From contig OZ024762.1 in assembly GCA_964016885.1 (NCBI GenBank), positions 9,796,001 to 9,860,000 on the forward strand: DNA of 64,000 nucleotides, given 5' to 3'. Made by a program: the position numbers and the translations under genes. Position 1 is the stretch's first letter; each line of letters starts with the position of its first letter. A model generated the notes under the pieces. It searched no databases. It worked only from the letters and a program-made list of their open reading frames with translations, and was not told the origin of the DNA. Source of the DNA: Eledone cirrhosa (taxonomy: Eukaryota). Positions 12,350 through 26,879 of the stretch are shown here, piece by piece.

Positions 12350-12810
12350 GTCACCTTCGGCCGATGCTCTAACAATTCCATCAATTTGGCGCTCTAGACC
12401 GGGATCCTTTTTTTACGTTTAATTGGTTGCCAATACAAGCGGCCAAAATAGGGTTCTTCCGAAGGGTCTTTGGAGTACCGTTACTCGATAGAGGGTGGTG
12501 CTTGGAGATCAGAGAGTCACTCCAGGTAGAACCATTATTTCTCCGAATTGAGAGATCACAGCTCTGATACTATGGATGTGGTTAGAAGGTCTCAAAAAAT
12601 AACCGTTGGGCAGATTTTATTGGACCAAAACCAACTGGCGGAAGACCCAGGGGTAGACCCCTCCTGAGTAAGATGGTTGGATAACATCCATGAGCTTGGC
12701 TAGTCACGCTTTGGGGATACAGCCGGATCAGATGGAAACCGTTGCTTTTGACAGGACCTGCTGGAAGGAGTGTATGAGGACTCTACCCCCATGATCTTCT
12801 CAGGAATAAG
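12350..12810 (+). mobile_element. Degenerate RTE-like LINE 3' fragment
   Basis: IERSQL and PTGGRPRGRP..RWLDNI remnants with frameshifts. Confidence 0.6.
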
Positions 12811-12812
12811 TG

Positions 12813-13276
12813 GAAGAAGAAGAAGAAGAAGAAGAAGAAGAAGAAGAAGAAGAAGAAGAAGGAGAAGAAGGAGAAGAAGGAGAAGACGAAGAAGGAGAAG
12901 ACGAAGAAGAAGACGAAGAAGAAGAAGAAGAAGAAGAAGAAGAAGAAGAAGAAGAAGAAGAAGAAGAAGAAGAAGAAGGCGAATAAGGCGAAGAAGAAGA
13001 AGAAGAAGACGAAGAAGAAGGAGAAGAAGGAGAAGAAGAAGAAGAAGAAGAAGAAGGCGAATAAGGCGAAGAAGAAGAAGAAGACGAAGAAGAAGAAGAA
13101 GAAGGAGAAGAAGGAGAAGAAGAAGAAGAAGGCGAAGAAGAAGAAGAAGACGAAGAAGAAGAAGAAGAAGAAGAAGAAGAAGAAGAAGAAGAAGAAGAAG
13201 AAGAAGAAGGCGAAGAAGAAGAAGAAGAACAAGAAGAAGAAGAAGAAGAAGGAGGAGGAGGAGGAGGAGAAGAAGA
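12813..13276. repeat. (GAA)n-type trinucleotide tract
   Basis: about 460 bp, almost pure purine on the + strand. Confidence 0.97.
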
Positions 13277-13403
13277 CCTTTGCCCTCCTCCACCAACACC
13301 ACCGATAGGCTGAAAGGCAAAGTTGTTGACCTCAGATGAGATTTGAACCACTGGAGACACGGACATTTTTACAACCACTCCTAGCAATTGCAGACAAGCC
13401 TAC

Positions 13404-13514
13404 CTTTTCGAAGAACTGTATTCGGAAGATGTGGAATTTTCTTGAGATTGTTCACTGTCACTCCCCTTTGCTTCATATTTCTTCCTGTTAATCGGAGTCA
13501 AACGTGATGGAAAT
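13404..13514 (-). CDS. DCDC2: DCDC2-like exon (FPSRLTPINRKKYEAKGSDSEQSQENSTSSEYSSSKR)
   Basis: ttgtag|A...AG|gtaggc; 111 nt, phase 2 to 2, open in the required frame; LTPI resembles the LPPI motif. Confidence 0.85.
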
Positions 13515-14383
13515 CTACAAATGAAACCATCAAACTATTTTTTGTTTCTTATTACTAGCCATTTTTTTCTTTTAAAACTGAGTTTTCTACATTCTTAGTT
13601 GACAGACAATAAAATGAAGAATGAAGAGCCGATGTTGAGCACACTAAAAGCAAAGGAATGCAGCATGAATTTTCTCTAAACATTGAATGAAAGCACATTG
13701 AATCAAAACATGTAGTGCCATTTGTCAGTAAAGGAATATTTGAATCCAAACATTCAATTCCAACCATAACCACAGTTCTAATAATATATATATATATTAT
13801 TATTATATATATTATTATATATATATATATTATATATATATGTATTTATATGTATGTATATGTATGTACATATATATATATATATACATATATATATGTA
13901 TATGTATGTACATATATATACATATGTATCCCAAACTTTAGCAAGGACAAAAGCAACCCAAACCAATGTGGTTGAGAATCAGCATGCAGGAGTTTTAAAC
14001 AAAAAAACAATTTAACCAAATAACGAATGTTTTGATAATCCAAAACAGAGAAAGCAGGCTTTGCAAGCATCAATTTTTAACATCAATTTTTGTTCATGCT
14101 ATAAAGATCCTTTATATATATATATACCAGATACGTTTTTCAAACACTTTTTTTAAACATTTTTCTTATATAACGTGATCTGTATAGAACATTTTCGAAT
14201 GTCCACACTTTTTCCCGCTATATATGTATGTATATATATACATATATATATACATATATATGTATACATATACATATATCAATGCTTTTCAATGTGGGGG
14301 GGGGGTGTAAGATAAAGTATCTTTAGATAAAATTTTATAAAAGTTTATTCATCATCTTTTTTTTTTCTTTTTATTGGCGATGT

Positions 14384-14769
14384 TTAACCCTTTAGCCTTT
14401 AAACCAGCCATATCTGGCCAGAATTCTCTCACCTCTTTCTGTTCAAACTGGCTGTAACCGGCCACTCATACTGATGTTAAGGTATTGTTCTCAAAATAAA
14501 ATACATAATTTCAAAATCTCATAGATTTGATATTATGTGAGATAATTATGTGAATTACCGTGAAAATACAATAGTAAATATAGAGTAATGTACCGTATTT
14601 CCTGGCATCAAAGACGATACTTTTTCCCTAAAATAAGTCTTAAAAATCTACCGTGGGTCCTGGAGACCGAAGGATGCTTATTATTCTTTTTTCAAATTTT
14701 TGGTTGTCAAAATTAGGGCGCGTCCTCGAGGACGAAGTGTCTTTGGCGCCGGAAATGGTAAAGGGTTAA
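14384..14769. mobile_element. piggyBac-type MITE with nested Tigger/pogo-like MITE (14591-14760)
   Basis: TTAA-CCCTTT...AAAGGG-TTAA ends; inner taccgtatttcc...ggaaatggta; related copies at 26649-26843 and 55365-55744. Confidence 0.75.
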
Positions 14770-14944
14770 ATTCTCTCTCTGAAATAATTTGAGTTGATTT
14801 TTTTGTTTGTTTTTTTTTTATTTTTTTTTTTTTTGTCAAAGAAGGCATCAGATATTCATGGGATCCTCCTTGCATCTCATGGGATCCTCCTTGCAGCCCT
14901 AGACAGATATCTCAGCTTATTGATCCTTGTGAACAATATATAGA

Positions 14945-15961
14945 AGAAAGGGAGGGGCACTTACTTCAGTGGACCCATCTAGGACCCTCTTTAGCTTGTC
15001 TGGTCCCCTAAACCGATGTCCCTATGACCCTGGTGGACAGTATGAAATATAAGGAGGGGGGGGGTCACTTCAATAGACCCAACCTGGACCCACCTTGGCA
15101 TGGCTGGCCCCTAAACTGGTGTTCCAATGCCCCTAGTAGACAGTATGAACTATAAGAAGGGGTTACTTACTTCAGTGGACCAACCAGGACCCACCTTGAT
15201 ATGCCTGGCCCTTCAACTGCCCACTTGATTGATGTCCATAGTAGACAGTAGATAAGAAGGGGTAACTTACTTTAGTGGGCCCAAAGCCCTTCAACTGCCC
15301 ACTCACTCTTTGCCATGACTGGCCCCTAGATTGATGTCCTGATGGCCCTAGTAGACAGTATGAAATATAAAGAAGGGTCACTTACTTCAGTGGACCCATC
15401 TAGGACCCTCATTAGCTTGTCTGGTCCTCTAAACCAATGTCCCTATGACCCTGGTAGACAGTATGAAATATAGGAGGAGGGTCACTTCAGTAGACCCAAC
15501 TATGACCGACCTTGGCATGGCTAGCCTCTAAACATGTGTCCTTATGACCCTGGTAGACAGTATGAAATATAAAGAGGGGTCACTTACTTCAGTGGACCCA
15601 ACCATGACACACCTTGGCATGGCCGGCCTCTAAACCGATGTCTCTATGACCCTGGTGGACAGTATGAAATATGGGGGGGGTCACTTCAGTAGACCAACCA
15701 GGACCCACCTTAGCATGCCTGACTCTTCGATTGCCCACTCACTCTTTGACATGACTGGCCCCTAGATTGATGTCCCAATGGCCCTAGTAATATAGAAAGG
15801 GGTTAACTTACTTCAATGGGCCCATCCAGGACCCATCTTGACATGCCTGGCCCTTCAACTGCTGGCTCTCTAGTTGGCATGACTGGCCCCTAAATTAATG
15901 TCCCGATGGCCCTCGTAGACACTAAAATAAAGAGGGGGTAACTTACTTTAGTGGGCCCATC
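14945..15961. repeat. ~100-135-bp degenerate tandem repeat containing the exon-15947 donor junction
   Basis: repeated cacttacttcagtggaccca...gtagacagtatgaaatata. Confidence 0.9.
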
Positions 15962-16081
15962 CTCATATAAGGACCATATGGACCAGGTTTGAACTTCTCT
16001 CGATGTGAAGCTGCAACATACATGGTTCCATTTGTTACTTTCTCTGCGTTGTCAATACGGTCTCCATCTAATGTGTACAGC
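15947..16081 (-). CDS. DCDC2: DCDC2-like exon, second half of DCX domain (LYTLDGDRIDNAEKVTNGTMYVAASHREKFKPGPY...)
   Basis: tttcag|G...AA|gtaagt; 135 nt, phase 2 to 2; RLYTLDG...YVA...EKFK..PY is the doublecortin signature. Confidence 0.95.
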
Positions 16082-16283
16082 CTGAAATGGACAGAGGACA
16101 GATAGAATAATAACTGTTTCTACTTTTGGCACAAGGCCAGCAATTACCCCAGTGCATTACCGGTACTTTATTTTATCAACCCCGTAAGCCGGTATTGTAA
16201 ATAAATTAATGTTTTGAAATTTCACTAAAAATATCTCTTCAACATTTTCTACAGAAAAAATCTTTTTCCTTTCTACTATTTGT

Positions 16284-16348
<65 letters not shown>

Positions 16349-16403
16349 GATATATATATATATATATAAAGACTCATAAGGTTGAATGAGAAAGGTTACT
16401 CAC

Positions 16404-16538
16404 CGCTCTGGAAAACCTCCCTGGGGTAGGTCAACTTTGATCCCAACTGAATGCATGACTGTGTCCATGGAGGTCTGTTCTGTCTGGTTTAGGACAATGA
16501 TGGATGGTGGCAGGAAATACTGACCATTGGGAAATACT
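16404..16538 (-). CDS. DCDC2: DCDC2-like exon, first half of second DCX domain (VFPNGQYFLPPSIIVLNQTEQTSMDTVMHSVGIKVDLPQGGFPER)
   Basis: taccag|A...CG|gtgagt; 135 nt, phase 2 to 2; NG motif and DCX helix pattern. Confidence 0.92.
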
Positions 16539-16555
16539 CTGGTACCAAGAAATAA

Positions 16556-16850
16556 GAAATACTAGACATTACTATTTTACTGAGTGATTTAGGACAATGG
16601 TGGACAATGGCTGGAAAAAGACTGACCACTGGGAAATACTAGACATTACTACTTTATTGAGTGGTTTCGGATGGTGGTCGACTGTGGCTGGAAAAACTGA
16701 CCACTGGGAAATACTAGACATTACTACTTTACTGTCTGGTTTTGGACAATTATGGACAGTGGCTGGAAATAACTGACCATTGGGAAATACTAGATGTTAC
16801 TATTTTACAGTCTGATTTAAAATATTGGTGGTCAATGATGGACATGGCCA
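16556..16850. repeat. ~76-bp tandem repeat derived from the 5' end of exon 16538
   Basis: ggacaatg...ggctggaaa..actgaccactgggaaatact at 16630, 16706, 16782 versus exon 16485-16538. Confidence 0.85.
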
Positions 16851-16859
16851 AAAATATAT

Positions 16860-17485
16860 TTTTTTTTGGGGGGGGGGGGGGGGGTCGATTAAATCGACCC
16901 AGTACATTACTGGTACTTTATTTTATCAACCCTGTAAAGATGAAAGGCAAAGTTAACTTCAATAGGATTAGAACTCAGAACATAAAGGAATGTAATTATA
17001 CACTGTAAAGCATGGTCTCCAATGCTCTACCGATTCTACCAAACCAACACCTTTTAATAGTAATTGGTTCTACTTTAGGCACAAGGCCAGAAATTTGAAC
17101 AGGGGAGGGGAAGTAGATTAAATTGACCCCAATGCATTACTGGTACTTTATTTATCAACCCTGTAAGGATGAAAAGCAAAGTTAGCCTCAGCAGGATTTG
17201 ACCTCAGAATGTAAAGGGACGTAACTCTATGCTGAGAAGCATGTTATCCGACACTCTACCGATTCTGCCAATCCACCACCTTTCAATAATGTAGTATAGA
17301 GACAAGGCCAGTAATTTTGGGGAGGGGAAAGTCAATTAAATCGACCCCAGTGCGTGACTGGTACTATATTTTATGAACCCCCATAAGGATGAAAGACAAA
17401 GCTAACCTTGGCGGGATTAGAACTCAGAATGTAAAGGGACGTAACTCTATGCCGTGAAGCATGCTGTCCGACGCTCTACCACCTT
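16860..17485 (-). mobile_element. Three consecutive SINE family A copies
   Basis: family body repeated three times head-to-tail. Confidence 0.85.
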
Positions 17486-17527
17486 TCAATAATAAAAACA
17501 ATAGAAACAGTTTCCAAAGTTACTTAC

Positions 17528-17604
17528 ACAATTTTCTTGCTTTGAATATTTATCTTCTTCACCTTTCCTGAAACTCGAAACTGACTGTGGGTCACTGGTT
17601 TAAT
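17528..17604 (-). CDS. DCDC2: DCDC2-like exon (IKPVTHSQFRVSGKVKKINIQSKKIV)
   Basis: ctctag|ATT...GT|gtaagt; 77 nt, phase 0 to 2; resembles VKPVIHSRINVSARFRK of DCDC2. Confidence 0.92.
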
Positions 17605-17749
17605 CTAGAGTCAGGGAGGAAAAATACACAAATATATATATGACACAGACAAATATACATACATGGGTATGGGAGTTACCAGTTTAGACTAGTAACACCA
17701 TATATTTTAAAGGGTATGTCAAAGCTATTTGTAAAACTGTTATATATTG

Positions 17750-17814
17750 TATTTTGTCTGATGAAGGCATACCATAATTTAATGTGGTATCCCTGAAATA
17801 TGTATAATGAAATA
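17750..17814 (+). ncRNA. Type-I hammerhead ribozyme (Penelope pLTR-like)
   Basis: tattttgt-CTGATGA-aggcatacca/tggtatccct-GAAA-tatgta-TA-atgaaata. Confidence 0.8.
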
Positions 17815-17943
17815 AATATGGTTTTTATAAATATAGTTTCCATTTATTAATATCGTATATCTACTCCAAAAACTTGTCGAGTGCTTTATATCAGTTATAA
17901 AAATATTTACTTGTTGTATCCCAACAACTTTAAATAGAACTTT

Positions 17944-17974
<31 letters not shown>

Positions 17975-18325
17975 CATCATCATCATCATCATCGTTTAAC
18001 GTCCATATTCCACGCTTGCATGGGTTTGGACGGGAGTTTTCCCACTTGAGGCAAGAGTGGTTGTCTTGCTCGCATAGGACTGTCTAGCGGGTTTTCTACG
18101 GCTGGATGCCCTTCCTAACACCAACCACATTTACAGTGTGGAACTGGGAGGTTTTTACCGTGTTACCTACAAGGCCACATTACAGCGTGGACTGTGTGTT
18201 TTTTTGTCGTGACACCTACACGACCTCATTTGTTTCGGGCTGGATGTTGTGGTACCAACATAACTTTACATTGAAAGGGGTGGTGTGGATGGGGTGGGGG
18301 TAGTGGGACGGGGTGTATTTTGTTA
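17975..18325 (-). mobile_element. RTE 3' UTR fragment; similar fragments at 33860-34075 and 48030-48340
   Basis: matches 20370-20720 with (GAT)n tail. Confidence 0.8.
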
Positions 18326-18587
18326 TATATATATATATATATATATGCAGAGGTTATATTTAATTTGTTGGGATTCAACAAGCATAAACATTTTATAACT
18401 GATATAAAGCACTCAACAGTTTATTGGAGTAAATATTTAATATATTAATAAATGGAAACTATATTTATAAAACCATAATTATTTTATTATATATATTTCA
18501 AGGGCCACCAAGGCAAATTATGGTGCTTCAACTGTTAAGGTTGCCTTTTTTCCGGGTATGTCAATATTTATTTATAAAACAAATCTG

Positions 18588-18653
18588 TATTTTATCTGAT
18601 GAAAGCGCACCATAATTTGCCTTGGTTGCCCTTGAAATATATATAATAAAATA
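18588..18653 (+). ncRNA. Type-I hammerhead ribozyme, with inverted truncated copy at 18350-18530
   Basis: perfect stem I tattttat/ataaaata, CTGATGA, stem II, GAAA, palindromic tatata stem III, ATA cleavage triplet. Confidence 0.85.
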
Positions 18654-18923
18654 AATATGGTTTTATAAATATAGTTTCCATTTATTAATATATTGTATAT
18701 ATATATATACAAACAAATATATATTTATATTTATATATATGTTTAGGTAATTCCGAAGGAAAAGCAAAGGAAAAACGAGTGCTCTATGTATAGAACAGAA
18801 ATAAAATATCTTGTGAAATAAGGTGTCTTGCCCAAGGAAACAACACATCACCCGGTCTGAGAATTGAACTCACAACCTTTCGATTGCAAGGCCAATGCTC
18901 TAACCACTAAGCCATGTGCCTTC

Positions 18924-19043
<120 letters not shown>

Positions 19044-19062
19044 CATATATATATACATATAC

Positions 19063-20722
<1,660 letters not shown>

Positions 20723-21680
20723 ATACATTGTGTTTGAGAGATGCAATTGTGCAAGGTCAGCTTTTATCACCAGGTCTTCCTACTCCATAGCTTTCATCAT
20801 GCTTAGAAAGAAGTAGATGATGGCCTGACATTTCGGGCATAAGTCCTTTTTCAAGGAATGGATAGTTCGGAGAAACAGAGAAATGGTTGGAGAACATAAG
20901 AGGAAGTTGAAAGAAAAAAAAAGGGTTTTAAGAAGGCTGAGGATTAGTAGGTGAGTAGTTTGCCATTCATGAGTGTGGGTGGGGGTGGGGTAAGGGGGGG
21001 GGGGAGTCCAGGTGTTTCATGGATGTTGTTATGTGTGTGAAGATGGAGTGTATTTCGTGGATGTGCATAATTGCTTCAGTATGTGTGTGTGTGTGTGTAC
21101 ACATGCGTGTCTATGAATCTTTTATATTGTTTGTGTGTATGCACGTTTCTGTGTGTATGTGTGTGTATCTCTGTGTGTGTGTGTGTGTCTGTGTATGCAT
21201 GTTTATGCATGTGTGTATGCATGTTTATGTGTGTATGTGTGTGTCTGTGTGTGTGTATGCATGTGTGTCTGTGTATGCATGTTTATGCGTGTGTGTATGC
21301 ATGTTTATGTGCGTATGTGTGTGTGTGTGTGTCTGTGTGTGTGCATCTTTGTGTGTGTATGTGTGTGTATGCATGTCTGTGTGTCTGAATTCATTTTTTT
21401 GTTATTTTTGTTTTTTATGTGTATGTGAGTACACGTAAGTTTGGGTGTATGTGTGCATGCGTTTATGTATGGGTATATGTGTGTATATATATCTGTGTAT
21501 GAGTGTATATGCATGTGTGTATATATGTATATATGTGTGTGTCTCCCAGTTGTGTGTATATGTGTTAATATGTGTATATATGTATATATATATATATATG
21601 TGTGTCTCCCTGTTGTGTGTATATGTGTTAATATGTGTATATTTATATATATATATGTATATATATTATATATGTGTATA

Positions 21681-21721
<41 letters not shown>

Positions 21722-21896
21722 GTGTATATATTTATATATATATGTGTATATATTTATATATATATGTATATATATATATATGTATATATATGTATATATA
21801 TATGTATATATATATATATATGTATATATATGTATATATATATGTATATATATGTATATATATGTATATATATATGTGTATATATATGTATATATA

Positions 21897-21943
<47 letters not shown>

Positions 21944-22220
21944 ATATATATATATATGTATATATATATATGTATATATGTGTATATATATGTGTATATG
22001 TGTATATATATGTATATATATGTATATATATGTGTAGATATATGTGTAGATATATATCTATGTGTGTCTCCCAGTTGTGATGTCCTCCACCTCACAACAA
22101 GTCAGTAATCCCAGACAGTTATGGCCAGAGATGTCAAAGAATGGACACAAACTAATTACAGGTAATTGGACAGGTGAGTCAACCTCTCTGTGTGTCTCTG
22201 TGTGTGTCTGTGTGTGTGTC

Positions 22221-22257
<37 letters not shown>

Positions 22258-22781
22258 CTGTGTGTCTCTGTTCATGTGTGTGCCTGTGTGTGTATCTGTG
22301 TGTGTGTCTGTATATGTGTGTCTGTATCTGTGTGTATGTGTATGTGTGTCTGTGTGTGTATGTATGCATATATGTGTGTGTGTGTATGTGTGTATATATA
22401 TGTGTGTGTATGTGTGCCTGTGTGTATGTATGAATGTGTCTGTGTGTGTATGTATGCATATGTGTGTGTGTCAATGTGTGTATATATATGTGTGTGTGTA
22501 TGTGTGCCTGTGTGTATGTATGAATGTGTGTGTGTGTGTCTGTATGTGTGTGTCTGTGTGTGTGTGTCTGTATGTGTGTGTGTGTGTGTGTGTGTGTCTG
22601 TATGTGTGCCTGTATGTGTGTGTGTGTCTGTATGTGTGTCTGTGTATGTGTGTGTACACTATCCTGTGCTGTTATGTGATAGGTAGGTAGATGACACAAC
22701 ACTGTTCCCATCAACAAGGATAAATATGGAAGGACATCAAAGACATACTCGAGAATGTACCCCATTTAATGGCATATACAA

Positions 22782-23014
22782 CAGGGTTGGATTTAGACAT
22801 TAGGGGGCCCAGGGCACTTCAGGAGAGGCCCCTCATACACAAAATATTAGAATACACTGCAAACCCCCCAATTTTACATATCAAAATTTCTAACCATCCT
22901 AAAACTAAAAATCCCAGCTGAGGGCACAAATAATTTGCTATGGCCATCGCTGGTGGGGCTCCCTACAGCAGTGTCCTGGGACAATGCCCCCCCCCCCCAT
23001 TAAATCTGGTGCTG
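22782..23014. mobile_element. hAT-type MITE
   Basis: degenerate TIRs cagggttggattta / taaatctggtgctg; 8-bp TSD atatacaa/atatacga. Confidence 0.6.
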
Positions 23015-23135
23015 ATATACGATCCTCACCCCACACTTTCAAATTTCGGCAGGGATCATTAAGAAGAAAATCAACACCAGCCAGCCAGACACCTCAGCTT
23101 CGCATATAAAACCCAGGTCATATAATATATAATAA

Positions 23136-23320
23136 TTGTTTCTACTTTAGGCACAAGGCCAGCAATTATCCAGTGCATTACTGGTACTTTATTTTATCGA
23201 CCCCGTAAGGATGAAAGGCAAAGTCAACCTCGGCGGGATTTGAACTCAGATCGTAAAGGGACGTAACTATACTGGAAAGCATGGCATCCGACCCTCCACC
23301 GATACTGCCAATCCCCGCCA
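23136..23320 (-). mobile_element. SINE family A
   Basis: full head and body; flanked by catataatatataataat duplication. Confidence 0.9.
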
Positions 23321-24239
23321 ATCCCCCACCCATATAATATATAATAATAATGAAAATGATTGTGTACAGTGCTCAGGTGCACTACAACTCATCAAAGGGG
23401 CATGTATAGTACATAGAATAATGTACAGATGTCAGGAAAGTGAACAGTGTATGAGTCATGAAATACACATTGATCCATATGTAGTGTTTGCGAATTTCAG
23501 GAAGCATGGAAGTTTTGAAGGATAACCATCATCATCACCACCATATAAACCACCACCACCACCACCACCATCATCATCACCATCTCCACCCCCATCATCA
23601 TCATCATCGTCATCACCATCATCATCACCATCTCCACCCCCATCATCATCATCATCATCACCATTTAAACCACCACCATCAACCTCTCATCATTATCACC
23701 ATCATCATCATCACCACCATCTAAACCACCACCACCACCACCACCATCATCATCACCATCTCCACCCCCATCATCATCATCTTCATCACCATCTAAACCA
23801 CCACCACCACCATCATCATCATCATCTAAACCACCACCATCTCCACCATCATCACCATCACCATCTAAACCACCACCACCATTCTCATCACCATCTCTAC
23901 CTCTACCACCACCACCATCATCATCATCACCATCTCCACTCCCATCATCGCCATCATCATCATCACCATCTCCACCACCATCACCACCATCATCACCTAT
24001 ATGCCATGCTTGCATCAGTTAGATAGGCTTTCACATTATGATGAACAAGCTGGATGTTTCTGTATGGATCGTCTATTTTCCTGAAACCTTTGGTAATGGA
24101 ATAATTATATTGTGTTGTTTATCATGTAATTAAATAGCTCTGTACTATACATTGAGCACTCTTCTTTCCTTTACCTTTTCCACGGAAATACTTAACACAC
24201 ACATATATACATATATATGTATGTATATATATAAAATAA

Positions 24240-24795
24240 TAATACTTGAAAAAAATCACATCTCAATCTTGTGGAACTTTAGTGTCCAAATAGACCGAAA
24301 AATAGATGCAAATAGACCTGATATAATACTGAAGGACTTTAAAAAGAGGGTATGCCTGCTATTTGATATGTCCGTTCCAATAGACAAGAATGTATCTATA
24401 AAAACATTTGAAAAATTGAGCAGGTATAAGGACCTGGAGATAGAAATTGGAAAAATGTGGAAGTTGAGAACTAAAACAATACCAGTGGTTGTAGGCGCTC
24501 TAGGAATGATACCTAAGGGGTCTAATGATTATTTATCCCAAATCCCAGGAAACCCGCATATAGAAGAAATACAAAAGATAGTACTAATGGGAACTGCCCA
24601 TATACTAAGGAAGATACTGTCAATATAAGTACATCACAAGTCATCTAAACACCTAAAGATACATGTGTGTGTATGTATGTTCTTTCTTGAACATGGCGGA
24701 CCTTGTTGTCTGTTGAGGTCACTGGTTGTGACTTGGTGATAACTTGTATGAACATAAAGCAAGATAAATGAAATAATAATAATAATAATAATAAT
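24240..24795 (+). mobile_element. R4/Dong-like non-LTR 3' end (restriction-like endonuclease domain)
   Basis: NRPDII...FDMSVP...EKLSRYKDL...IPVVVGALG; (TAA)n at both ends. Confidence 0.9.
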
Positions 24796-24952
24796 TGTTT
24801 CTACTTTTGGCACAAGGCCAGCAATTACCCAGTACATTACTGGTACTTTATTTTATCGACCCCGTAAGGATGAAAGGCAAAGTTAACCTCGACAGGTTAT
24901 TAATAATAATAATAATAAATAGACTAAAATCCAAAGAGGACTCGATAAAGGG

Positions 24953-25040
<88 letters not shown>

Positions 25041-25187
25041 ATAGAGCAAATATTTATTATTAGTACAGATTAAAGTTTGAGCAATGATTTCTATTTTGTT
25101 TTGAATTTCAGCTTTCAATGTAAACAAGTTTCAAATGATACTGCTTGGGGTGATAACAGAAATTCCTTACTTTTAATCATCTTTACT

Positions 25188-25260
<73 letters not shown>

Positions 25261-25518
25261 TGTGTGTGTGTGTAAAAGGTAAACAGAAATAACAAAAATA
25301 ACAAAACAAATAGCACAGTACATGGAAGAAATATATTAGTTTAACACTTGTAATAGCAGGAAGAGAGTCTTAATATTTCGAAATAGAGGATAAATAGAAA
25401 ATAAAGAGTGATAAGAGGAAAGAACGGGGAAAATCAGAAAAAAAATTCAGTCAGACATTATATATATATATATATATCATTTTCATTTTTTCATTTTACG
25501 TCCACTTTTCCCTGCAAG

Positions 25519-25568
<50 letters not shown>

Positions 25569-25649
25569 AATGTAAAAGGTAAACAGAAATAACAACACAA
25601 TCGGTACAGTATATGGCAGTAATATATTAGGTTAACGCTTGAAATAACA

Positions 25650-25695
25650 GGAAGAAGGTCTTAATGTTTTGGACGCTAGTCCTTCATCAGAGGAA
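25650..25695 (-). ncRNA. Degenerate minimal hammerhead (GAAA to AAAA); sister copy at 31135-31178
   Basis: CTGATGA-aggac tagc gtcc-AAAAC. Confidence 0.45.
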
Positions 25696-26010
25696 AGAAT
25701 GAGAAATAAGATAGATTGAAGGGACGGGCAGGGTGGAATTGGAAAAAAATGTCTTTAGATAAAAATAACAGGTCGATTCATATATATATATATATTTATA
25801 TATGTAGAAGCAAATATTTTTATAACTGATATAAAGCACTCAACAAATTATTGGAGTAAAACTACGATATATTAACAAATGGAAACTATATTTATAAAAC
25901 CATATTTATTTCATTATACATATTTCAAGGACTATCCAGGAGCTTCCAACAGAAATGGTCGCATTCTTTAAGTGTATCTCAATATTTATTTATAAAACTG
26001 ATCTATATTA

Positions 26011-26075
26011 TATTTTATCTGATGAAAGCGCACCATAATTTGACTTGGTGTCCTTGAAATATGTATAATGAAATA
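26011..26075 (+). ncRNA. Type-I hammerhead ribozyme, with inverted partial pLTR at 25815-25935
   Basis: tattttat-CTGATGA-stem II-GAAA-tatgta-TA-atgaaata. Confidence 0.8.
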
Positions 26076-26146
26076 AATATGGTTTTATAAATATAGTTTC
26101 CATTTGTTAATATATCGTATATATTTATATATATATACATGTATGT

Positions 26147-26345
26147 ATACAAGGATGTGCTGAAAAGTTTCCTGGCTTGACCACTGCTAGAGAGGCCAGG
26201 ATTGAGGTCCAACCTTCTGAGTTCTTTTTACAGGGTTTAGAAAAACTGGAGGACCATTGCAATACGTGTGTGAATCTGAGAGGAGAATATGTTGAATAAA
26301 ATCCTAATTAACTGATGCTCCCATATTTTCAGCAGCGCCTCGGTA
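26147..26345. mobile_element. mariner-type MITE
   Basis: tacaaggatgtgctgaaaa / ttttcagcagcgcctcggta imperfect TIRs, TA ends. Confidence 0.55.
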
Positions 26346-26879
26346 CATATATGATATACAAGGTGTTAAAATAACTGTTCTACTTCAATATTATTATTAT
26401 GTTTTTAATGGAAAGTTTTGGGGGTTTGGAGACTATAACTCCTTCTTAAGGGTTCTCCCAGTTCTGTGGTCCCTGCCGCCGGGGTACCAAACAACAACAA
26501 CAACAACAACAACAACTACTACTACCACCACTACTATTACTACTACTACTACTACTACTACTATGTGCTGTTCTTAACCCTTAGGGAACTTCATTCCTCA
26601 CTTATTGTTAGCTTTTGACAGAATTTGAATACTTTTATAATTGTTGCATTAACCCTTTAGCATTTAAACTGGCCGTATCTGGCCATAACTTGCCACTCAT
26701 ACTGATGTTAAGATGTTATTCTCAAAATAAATAATATTAAAATCTCATAGATTCAATATTGTGAAATAATTAAGTGAGATAAAACCTTTACCAAGAGAAA
26801 ATACAATAGTATATGTAGAGTAACATAAATGCTGAAGGTTTAAATATAAATAGAACCAGTTTTGAATGGTATAACAATC

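Noticed and set aside
12700-13387. Poly-R/E/L/S ORFs
   Set aside because: (GAA)n tract at the end of a decayed LINE; no exon context
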